A DNA stretch of 64,000 bases, taken from contig CAKOPG010000001.1 of NCBI GenBank assembly GCA_934098745.1, positions 36,441 through 100,440 of the forward strand. The letters run 5' to 3'. A program made the position numbers and the translations under genes. The number at the start of each line of letters is the position of its first letter. The stretch's first letter is position 1. Positions 49,406 through 57,306 of this stretch are shown here, in pieces. The stretch is from an uncultured Bacilli bacterium (GTDB lineage: Bacteria > Bacillota_I > Bacilli_A > RF39 > UBA660). The notes under the pieces were generated by a model. That model saw only the letters and a program-made list of their open reading frames with translations, made no database searches and was not told the DNA's origin.

Positions 49406-51139
49406 ATGAAGACAATTTATAGGGACCACTTATGTGGTATGATTAGTGAAAAAGAAATAGGAAGAGAGATTAGAATTTCGGGATTTGTCAGTAATATTAG
49501 AGATCATGGAGGAATATTGTTTCTAGATATTAGAGATGAATCGGGGGTTATGCAAGTAGTTAGTATGGATGATAAGATACTTATGGATATTAATAAGGAG
49601 AGCAGTGTAACAGTAACGGGGATAATAAGAGAAAGAGATATAGATGATTATAATGATAAAATAAGTACAGGAAGAATAGAATTACTTATATCTAAAATAG
49701 AATGTTTAAATAAGGTAAGAAAAACTTTACCTTTTGAAATAATTACTTCTCATGAATTATCAACTGATATTAGATTTAAGTATCGTTATTTAGATTTAAG
49801 AAACAAAAAAATTCATGATTTAATAGTAAATAGAACAAAGGTAATTAAGTATTTAAGAGATATGATGAGTAGAGATGATTTTTTAGAAATAACAACGCCA
49901 ATAATTACTTCTAGTTCTCCCGAAGGCGCAAGAGATTTTATAATTCCATCAAGAAAATTTTATGGGAAATTTTATGCTTTGCCACAAGCACCGCAAGTAT
50001 TTAAACAGTTATTAATGGCTTCAGGGTTTGAAAAATATTTTCAAATAGCGCCTTGTTTTAGAGATGAAGATGCAAGGGTAGATAGGTTATATGGGGAATT
50101 TTATCAATTAGATTTAGAGATGGCTTATGTTACTGAAGAAGATGTTTTAAAGGTTGGTAAAAAGATATTTCGTAATATTTTTAAAAAGTTTGTAGGTTGG
50201 AAGAAAATAGAATTTCCAGAAATTACTTATAGAGAAAGTATTAGTAAATATGGGACGGATAAACCTGATTTGAGAATTCCATATATTATTCAAGATGTAA
50301 GTAAGGTATTTGATACGACAACTTTTAAACCTTTTAGAGGAGTAGAAGTAAAGGCTATTGTTGTCCCTTCTATATATAATAAAAGTAATAGTTGGTATAA
50401 TGAACTTCAAGAGTATGCTAAGAGTATTGGTTTACCGGGTATAGGTTATTTTAAGGTAATGGATGATATGTCTTTTAATGGACCAATAGATAAATTTTTA
50501 ACAGATAAAGAGAGAAAAGACTTAATAGAGATAGCTGGTCTTAAGAAGAAGGATGTAATATTTTTTATTGCAGATAAAGATAAGGCTTTAAAATATGCTT
50601 CTTTAGTTAGAATAGAGTTAGGAAGAAAAATGGGATATTTGGATACTAAGGAATATAAATTTTGTATTGTAAAGAATTTTCCAATGTATGAATATGATAT
50701 TGAGACTGATAAATATAAATTTTGTCATAACCCTTTTTCAATGCCTAAATGTAGGATTGATGATATGACTATGGAGAATATTGATAAGATAGAAGCATAT
50801 CAATATGACTTTGTATGTAATGGAATAGAGATGGCTAGTGGGGCAGTTAGATGTCATAAGATAGAGATGATGAAGAAAGTATTTTCTTTGATTGGATATG
50901 GAGAAGATAAAATACGCGATAAGTTTGGGGCTTTGTATGAGGCATTTTGTTATGGAACACCACCACATGCTGGAATGGCTATCGGAATTGAGAGAATGTT
51001 AATGCTTATAAATGATACGAGTAGTATTAGAGAAGTCGTGGCATTTCCACTTAATGCATCGGGAATTGATATGATGATGCAGACACCAGATACTATAACG
51101 GAAGAACAACTTAGAGAAACACATATAAAAATAAGATAA
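49406..51139 (+). CDS. aspS: Aspartate--tRNA ligase, bacterial type, probably non-discriminating
   Basis: Class II motifs FRDED, QLDLEMAY, GIERM; GAD insertion; immediately upstream of gatCAB. Confidence 0.9.
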   Translation: MKTIYRDHLCGMISEKEIGREIRISGFVSNIRDHGGILFLDIRDESGVMQVVSMDDKILMDINKESSVTVTGIIRERDIDDYNDKISTGRIELLISKIECLNKVRKTLPFEIITSHELSTDIRFKYRYLDLRNKKIHDLIVNRTKVIKYLRDMMSRDDFLEITTPIITSSSPEGARDFIIPSRKFYGKFYALPQAPQVFKQLLMASGFEKYFQIAPCFRDEDARVDRLYGEFYQLDLEMAYVTEEDVLKVGKKIFRNIFKKFVGWKKIEFPEITYRESISKYGTDKPDLRIPYIIQDVSKVFDTTTFKPFRGVEVKAIVVPSIYNKSNSWYNELQEYAKSIGLPGIGYFKVMDDMSFNGPIDKFLTDKERKDLIEIAGLKKKDVIFFIADKDKALKYASLVRIELGRKMGYLDTKEYKFCIVKNFPMYEYDIETDKYKFCHNPFSMPKCRIDDMTMENIDKIEAYQYDFVCNGIEMASGAVRCHKIEMMKKVFSLIGYGEDKIRDKFGALYEAFCYGTPPHAGMAIGIERMLMLINDTSSIREVVAFPLNASGIDMMMQTPDTITEEQLRETHIKIR

Positions 51140-51199
51140 AAGTATTAAATAATTGGTAGAAATATGTTATACTAAAGTGTATATGAAAGAGGGATAATT

Positions 51200-51487
51200 A
51201 TGGATAAAGAAACTTTAAAGATGTTAGCTTCAAAACTTATGTTTACGATGAATGAAGAGGAATATGATACTTTATCAGAGGAATTTAAGGTTATTTTAAA
51301 GCAAATGGATTTAATAGGAAAAATTAAAGATATTAAGGATGTTTCACCAATGATATATCCATTTGAATTAGAGGGAGTTACATTAAGAGAAGATGTAGTT
51401 ATAGATGAATTACCAATAGAGGAGATATTACTTAATAGTGGTAGTAATTTATATAATCAAGTAAAGTTACCAAAGGTAGTAGAATAA
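51200..51487 (+). CDS. gatC: Asp/Glu-tRNA amidotransferase subunit C
   Basis: 95-aa GatC-like sequence in the conserved operon position. Confidence 0.85.
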   Translation: MDKETLKMLASKLMFTMNEEEYDTLSEEFKVILKQMDLIGKIKDIKDVSPMIYPFELEGVTLREDVVIDELPIEEILLNSGSNLYNQVKLPKVVE

Positions 51488-51509
51488 CTAGTATAAGTGG
51501 GTGATAGGA

Positions 51510-52940
51510 ATGAAGAATATAAGTGAATTAAGACGTGAATTAGATAATGGAGAGATTACTAAGGAGAAGTTATTTGAAGAGAGTACTAAAGCAGCTATAG
51601 ATACACAAGAGGAATATAATTGTTTTGTAACTATTATGGATAAATATGATGAGGTAGATAGTAATAGTATGATAAGTGGTATTCCATATGCTTTAAAAGA
51701 TAATATATCTACGAAAGGAATTTTAACAACAGCTTCTTCAAATATTTTGGCTAATTATGTACCGGTATATGATGCTACTATATATAAGAAATTAAAAGAA
51801 AGTGGAGCTTTATTAGTAGGAAAGACAGTATTAGATGAATTAGCAATGGGAGGAACAGGAACAACGGGACATACGGGAATTGTTCGTAATCCTTGGGATA
51901 AAGATAGATTAATAGGAGGTTCTTCAGCTGGTTCGGCAGCGGCTGTTGCGATGGGAATAGTACCGTTTGCGATTGGATCTGATACAGGAGATTCTATTAG
52001 AAAACCGGCGGCATATGGTGGAGTAGTAGGATTTAAGCCAACATATGGAAAAATATCTAGATATGGTTTATTTGCCTTTGCTTCTAGTTTAGATCATTTG
52101 GGAGTATTCTCTAGATGTGTAAGAGACGTTGCTATAGTTACAGATATAGTAAAGGGACATGATAGTCATGATATGACAAGTTTACCTGATGATAATAAGA
52201 ATTATGTTAGGGAATTAGATAATGATGTTAGAGGAAGAAAATTATTTTATATCAAAGAAGCTTTAGAAAATAAAGATAATGATAAAGATTTAGAAAAGGT
52301 ATTAGGTAATTTTTATGAGACAGTTAAGAAGTGTGAAGATTTAGGAATAGAGGTTTCAGGAGAATCTATTGATAAAGAATTGTTATTAGCATTGTATCCA
52401 ACATATATGTCAATATCATGTGCTGAGGTTACTTCAAATGATGCTAATTTAACAGGAATTCATTTTGGAGTAAGAGGAGAAGGAAATACTCCGGATGAGA
52501 TTATTAGAGATGCTAGAACTAAGGGATTTAGTGAATTAATTAAAAGAAGATTTGTTTTAGGTAGTTATATTTTACAAAGAGAGAATCAAGAAAAATTATT
52601 TTTAAATGCATGTCGTGTTAGAAGAATGGTTGTTGAGAGAGTTAATGAATTATTTACTAAGTATGATGGAATTATTATGCCGGCAGCTGCTAGTATAGCA
52701 CCAAGATTTGATAATAATAGTGGGGATAAATTAAGTGATAAGTATTTAATACTAGATAATCATTTAGTTATTGGCAATTTTGGAGGATTTCCAAGTATTA
52801 CAATACCGTCAGGATTAGTTGATAAGATGCCGGTGGCGATAAATATTACTGGTAGAGTTAATGAAGATGATGTCGTATTAAATATGGCTAATAAGATAGA
52901 AGAAGTATTGGAATTTGATAAGTTAAGGGAGATGAAATAA
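51510..52940 (+). CDS. gatA: Asp/Glu-tRNA amidotransferase subunit A
   Basis: Amidase signature GGSSAGSAAAVA...GSDTGDSIRKPA. The ORF-track start at 51501 is a GTG. Confidence 0.9.
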   Translation: MKNISELRRELDNGEITKEKLFEESTKAAIDTQEEYNCFVTIMDKYDEVDSNSMISGIPYALKDNISTKGILTTASSNILANYVPVYDATIYKKLKESGALLVGKTVLDELAMGGTGTTGHTGIVRNPWDKDRLIGGSSAGSAAAVAMGIVPFAIGSDTGDSIRKPAAYGGVVGFKPTYGKISRYGLFAFASSLDHLGVFSRCVRDVAIVTDIVKGHDSHDMTSLPDDNKNYVRELDNDVRGRKLFYIKEALENKDNDKDLEKVLGNFYETVKKCEDLGIEVSGESIDKELLLALYPTYMSISCAEVTSNDANLTGIHFGVRGEGNTPDEIIRDARTKGFSELIKRRFVLGSYILQRENQEKLFLNACRVRRMVVERVNELFTKYDGIIMPAAASIAPRFDNNSGDKLSDKYLILDNHLVIGNFGGFPSITIPSGLVDKMPVAINITGRVNEDDVVLNMANKIEEVLEFDKLREMK

Positions 52941-54364
52941 TGTATAAGACAGTTATTGGGTTAGAAGTTCATTGTGAGCTTAAATCAAAAAGTAAGAATT
53001 TTTCATCTAGTAGAAATAGTTATTCGCAAATTCCAAATAGTAATGTTTCAGTAGTAGATTTGGGAATGCCAGGAATATTACCGGTAGTTAATAAAGAAGC
53101 TGTTAAGAATTCTATTAAGATGGCTTTGGCATTTAACTGTGATATACCAGAATATTTAACTTTTGAAAGAAAGAATTATTTTTATCCAGATTTACCTAAG
53201 GGATATCAGATTACGCAGTTTAAGCATCCAATTGGAATAAATGGATATGTAATGATAAATGTCGATGGTAAAGATAAAAAAGTTTTAATTCATGATACGC
53301 ACTTAGAAGAAGATACAGCTAGTTTAGATCATTATAATGCATATTCTTTAATCGATTATAATAGATGTGGAGTCCCATTACTAGAAACCGTTACAGAACC
53401 TTGTTTGAATTCAGCTGATGAGGCCGTAGCTTTTCTTGAAGGACTTAGAAGTATATTTTTGTACTGTGAAACATCAGATGCTAGAAGTGATAGAGGACAG
53501 ATAAGGTGTGATGTTAATGTTTCTTTGATGAAAGAAGATGATAAGGAACTTGGTACAAAGGTAGAAATGAAGAATATAAACTCTTTTAGTAGTGTTAGAG
53601 AAGCTATTATTTGTGAGGTAGCAAGACAGACAGAAATACTAGAAAGTGGTGGGAAGGTTTTACAAGAAACGAGAAGATTTGATGAAAATCTTGGTAAAAC
53701 TTTTACAATGAGAAGTAAGGAAGATGCGATTGATTATAGATATTTTACGGATCCTAATTTACCTCCTATTAAGATAGATAAGGAATGGATTGAAGAGATA
53801 AGGAAAACTATTCCTAAACTACATAATGAAAGATTTAAAACTTATACAGAAGAGTATGCTATTAATTCTAAGGATGCTAATACTATTGTTAAGGATAAAG
53901 ATATATCAGATTATTATGAAGAGTGTTTAAGATTGGGAGCAGATCCAATAATTACTTCTAATTGGTTAACAGGTGACTTGATGGGTAATTTGAATAAACA
54001 AAGTATGACAATTAAGGAGACTTCTTTTAAGCCAGAAATGTTGGTATCTTTGATTAAGATGATTAATGAGGGTAAGATATCTGGTAAGCAAGGTAAATTA
54101 GTTTTAGAAAAATCAATTGAAGATGGTAAAACACCGGATAGTGTCGTTTCAGAACTTGGTCTTAGTCAAATAGGAGATGAGGAAACGATTAGAAATATTG
54201 TACTTGAAGTAATTCAAGAAAATGCTAATTTGGTGGAAGATTATAAGAATGGAAAAAGAGTATTTGATTATTTTATAGGACAAATAATGAAAAAAAGTCG
54301 TGGAAGAGCAAACCCGGTTATAACATCTAAAGTATTAAAAGAAGAGTTAGATAAAAGGTTATAA
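52940..54364 (+). CDS. gatB: Asp/Glu-tRNA amidotransferase subunit B
   Basis: MYKTVIGLEVHCEL hallmark N-terminus. Confidence 0.92.
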   Translation: MYKTVIGLEVHCELKSKSKNFSSSRNSYSQIPNSNVSVVDLGMPGILPVVNKEAVKNSIKMALAFNCDIPEYLTFERKNYFYPDLPKGYQITQFKHPIGINGYVMINVDGKDKKVLIHDTHLEEDTASLDHYNAYSLIDYNRCGVPLLETVTEPCLNSADEAVAFLEGLRSIFLYCETSDARSDRGQIRCDVNVSLMKEDDKELGTKVEMKNINSFSSVREAIICEVARQTEILESGGKVLQETRRFDENLGKTFTMRSKEDAIDYRYFTDPNLPPIKIDKEWIEEIRKTIPKLHNERFKTYTEEYAINSKDANTIVKDKDISDYYEECLRLGADPIITSNWLTGDLMGNLNKQSMTIKETSFKPEMLVSLIKMINEGKISGKQGKLVLEKSIEDGKTPDSVVSELGLSQIGDEETIRNIVLEVIQENANLVEDYKNGKRVFDYFIGQIMKKSRGRANPVITSKVLKEELDKRL

Positions 54365-54369
54365 AATTA

Positions 54370-54416
54370 AAAGTATATAGATTATATTTTTTAGATAATT
54401 TATATACTTTTTCTTT
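54370..54416 (+). terminator. Rho-independent terminator after gatB
   Basis: Perfect 10-bp stem aaagtatata/tatatacttt followed by a T-rich tail. Confidence 0.55.
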
Positions 54417-54434
54417 AAGATTATGAATATATGT

Positions 54435-54463
54435 TTGACAGAAAGAATAATATTTGATATAAT
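54435..54463 (+). promoter_or_regulatory. Consensus sigma-A promoter
   Basis: TTGACA at 54435-54440; exactly 17 nt spacer; TATAAT at 54458-54463. Confidence 0.6.
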
Positions 54464-54469
54464 CTATAT

Positions 54470-55030
54470 CAATTGATGGCACATTATTCTAGTCAATTGA
54501 TTCGTTAGGAAGACGGGAGTAAAAAACCGTTAAAGAGCATATCTATGAAACCTTTGGTGTTTGCTTTGGATGCCCAATCTAGGGTGGATGCTGAAGATGA
54601 GAATACTGGATAGAATGTAATGGCATATATTTGATTCCATTATTCGTGGAGACCTATCTTTGTAATGTTGATTATTACGAACTAGGATTAAACCTGCTAT
54701 GTGGTGTTAAGCTATGAGCAGTGTAGCTTGTCTTGAGTGAAGGCTTTGGGATTAGTTTAGGAATTATTGTAACTGGCCAATTACGTAATGCCCGTACTAT
54801 GAAATTACTTTTGCAAAAGAGAACTAATAACGATGCGTTGGTGAGGAAATCTCCTAGAGTGTACTATGATATGGGATTGCAGTGGGAACTAAGTGGCAAT
54901 CAAGTCGTATGATGTGGAAACACCATGCTGTCTTCTTTAAAGGGGAACCGCAATACTGGTAACGGTATGTAGAAGATAGGGAAATCCAACTTGACCTAAG
55001 TCTCAAAGTTAACTATATCTATAAGCCATT
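54470..55030 (+). ncRNA. Candidate large structured non-coding RNA (approximately 560 nt), possibly OLE-like
   Basis: No ORF of 60 aa or more on either strand across about 670 bp. GC is visibly elevated against the flanks. Driven by a perfect promoter. Followed in the same orientation by a small 4-TM protein. Not RNase P, tmRNA or T-box by their hallmark motifs. Confidence 0.4.
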
Positions 55031-55048
55031 ATTTTTTTGGAGGAAAAA

Positions 55049-55570
55049 ATGAAGAGTAATTATAAATGGAGCTTAATAGTAACATTAATGGCATTTACAA
55101 TATCTTTAATAATGTCATTGATATCTTCTTTAATTCTTAAGAATGTTACTTTATTAATAGCTATATTAGTTACTTTTCTTTTTATTATAATAGGAATAGT
55201 TTTTGATATAGTAGGGGTAGCGGTTACTAGTGGTGATATTACTAAATTTCATTCAATGAGTGCAAGAAAAGTAAAAGGAAGTAAAATTGGAGTTAAATTA
55301 ATGAAAAATTCTTCTAAGGTATCGTCAGTTTGTTGTGATGTTATTGGAGATATATGTGGTATTATTTCGGGTAGTGCAGGAGTAACAATTGTAGCTTTAA
55401 TAATTAAATTAACTTCTGCAAATCAGCTGGTTGTTTCTTTATTAGTTACTTCTTTGATATCGGCTTTAACTATTGGTGGTAAGGCTCTTGGTAAGAATTT
55501 AGCAATAAATAAGAGTACAGAGGTTGTAACTTTTGTATGTAAGATATTAGCTATATTTAGTAAGAATTAG
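55049..55570 (+). CDS. Small polytopic membrane protein with a duplicated Asp-Gly motif (OapA-like candidate)
   Basis: Four hydrophobic segments. FDIVGVAVTSGD and CDVIGDICGIISGSAG each sit at the start of a helix pair. RBS GGAGG 5 nt upstream of ATG 55049. The ORF-track start at 55037 is a TTG. Confidence 0.5.
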   Translation: MKSNYKWSLIVTLMAFTISLIMSLISSLILKNVTLLIAILVTFLFIIIGIVFDIVGVAVTSGDITKFHSMSARKVKGSKIGVKLMKNSSKVSSVCCDVIGDICGIISGSAGVTIVALIIKLTSANQLVVSLLVTSLISALTIGGKALGKNLAINKSTEVVTFVCKILAIFSKN

Positions 55571-55659
55571 AATAAGTAATTATTCTTTTTTAATTGTAAA
55601 AAAATGTTTGTAAAATAAAAAGTTATATGATAAAATATTATCATAAAGAGGTAGTGAGT

Positions 55660-57228
55660 ATGGATAGTAATAATCAAAATAATAATAATAATAATCAAAA
55701 TACTGTTAATAACAGTCCTTTTGGTAATCAAGAAAATAATTTTAATAATCTAAATACTTCGGGAATGGCTTTTAATAATGTTGATATGACTAATCAGAGT
55801 ATTAATCAAATTAATAATGATATGATTAATCAAAACATTAATCAAGTTAACAGTGAGATGAGTAGTCAAAATATTAATCAAAGTAATAACGGTATAGTTA
55901 ATCAACAAGTTAGTAATAGTATGACTAATCAGAGTATTAATCAAGTTATGAATAATTCAATGGCTTCTTCACAAGTAATGGGAAGTCAGCCGGTAAATAA
56001 TAATGGACAGACTGTAAATGTACAATCAATATATGCTAATCAGTTAAAAAATGATGGTCAGGATTTTTCAGAACCTAAAAAATCTAAAGCTGGTATGATT
56101 GTAGGAATAGTATTAGGAATTTTAATTATTCTTTTAGGATGTGGCTATTATTTTATTATAGATAGTCCTAAGACAATATTTAGTAGTTTTGTAAATAAGA
56201 CATTTTCTGAAAGTAAAATAGGAAAAAATGATGCGAATAAGGTATTTTCTACATATGAAATGAAATATAATATAGATGTTTCAGCAGGAGAATATAAAGA
56301 TTATCAAGAGATATTTAATATTATTAATAAATTTACTTTTAAGGCTAGTGTAGGAATTGACAAAGATAAGGATATATTATCATTAGGATTTAAGGCAGTA
56401 TATGGAGATGATGAAGTAATTAATGTAGATGCAATGACAAATACTAATTCTTCAGAAACAGTGTATTTTGATTTGCATGACTTATATGACAAAAAGATAA
56501 AGATGTCTTTAAATGATGATACGGGAAGTTCTAATAATGGAGAAGATACCGATATAGATACGATCGTTGAATCTTTAAAGAAAGCTTTAACGGAAACAAT
56601 GGATACAGCTGATTATTCAAAAGAAATTGTTAAATTAGATGGAAAGAATGTTAAAAAGATAACATTACATATTAATAATACATTTGTAAATACACTTGGT
56701 ACAAAGTTATTAAATGATAGTAATTTTATGAGTGATGTTTCTAATATAAGTGGTAAGAGTGAAGATGATATTAGAAGTATTATTAATGATTATATGGAAA
56801 TGGATTATAAAGAGGATATATCATTATATTTATCTTTATTTGGAAATGACTTTATAAGGTTAGTAATTGGTGATGATAGTGATAATATAACTATATGGAT
56901 AGATGGTAATAAGTATATGTATGAGTATGCTTCTAATTATACACTTACATATAAGGGTTATGTTATGATAGATAAAGAAAATTCTATTCTTGGTATTAAT
57001 ATAGAACTAGTATCTGAAGGAATTACTATAGGAATAACAGAAAAAATAACTACTAGTTATGATAAAGATATTCCACAGATAGATACATCTAACAGTATTG
57101 ATTATACAGAATTAACAGAAGAAGATATGAGTAAGATAATTGATAATTTACTTGAAAAGAAAGCTATTAATAATTTGATTGCTGATATGGGATTAGATCA
57201 ATTATTTGATTTTCAGAGTGATATTTAG
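55660..57228 (+). CDS. Membrane-anchored protein with an N/Q-rich cytoplasmic N-terminus and a large extracytoplasmic domain
   Basis: About 130 aa N/Q-rich with xNQ(x)INQ repeats; TM GMIVGIVLGILIILLGCGYYFII; RBS GAGGTAGTGAGT before ATG 55660. Confidence 0.5.
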   Translation: MDSNNQNNNNNNQNTVNNSPFGNQENNFNNLNTSGMAFNNVDMTNQSINQINNDMINQNINQVNSEMSSQNINQSNNGIVNQQVSNSMTNQSINQVMNNSMASSQVMGSQPVNNNGQTVNVQSIYANQLKNDGQDFSEPKKSKAGMIVGIVLGILIILLGCGYYFIIDSPKTIFSSFVNKTFSESKIGKNDANKVFSTYEMKYNIDVSAGEYKDYQEIFNIINKFTFKASVGIDKDKDILSLGFKAVYGDDEVINVDAMTNTNSSETVYFDLHDLYDKKIKMSLNDDTGSSNNGEDTDIDTIVESLKKALTETMDTADYSKEIVKLDGKNVKKITLHINNTFVNTLGTKLLNDSNFMSDVSNISGKSEDDIRSIINDYMEMDYKEDISLYLSLFGNDFIRLVIGDDSDNITIWIDGNKYMYEYASNYTLTYKGYVMIDKENSILGINIELVSEGITIGITEKITTSYDKDIPQIDTSNSIDYTELTEEDMSKIIDNLLEKKAINNLIADMGLDQLFDFQSDI

Positions 57229-57306
57229 ATAATAAATAAGCTAATAATTATTTTATAATAGTTATTAGTTTTATTTTGTGGTATTATATTTATAGGATGT
57301 GATATT

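Noticed and set aside
54470-55030. RNase P RNA, tmRNA, SRP RNA, 6S RNA or T-box identity for the large non-coding region
   Set aside because: No GGAAAGUCC or ACAGAAU P4 elements, no tRNA-like GGUUCGAUUCC 3' end or tag-peptide reading frame, and no GGUGGUACCGCG T-box sequence. Its length of about 560 nt is also wrong for 6S or SRP RNA.
55037-55048. ORF-track TTG start (MEEKMKS...) for the small membrane protein
   Set aside because: GGAGG at 55039-55043 lies inside this proposed N-terminus and is ideally spaced for ATG 55049. The TTG extension is therefore most likely RBS sequence rather than coding.
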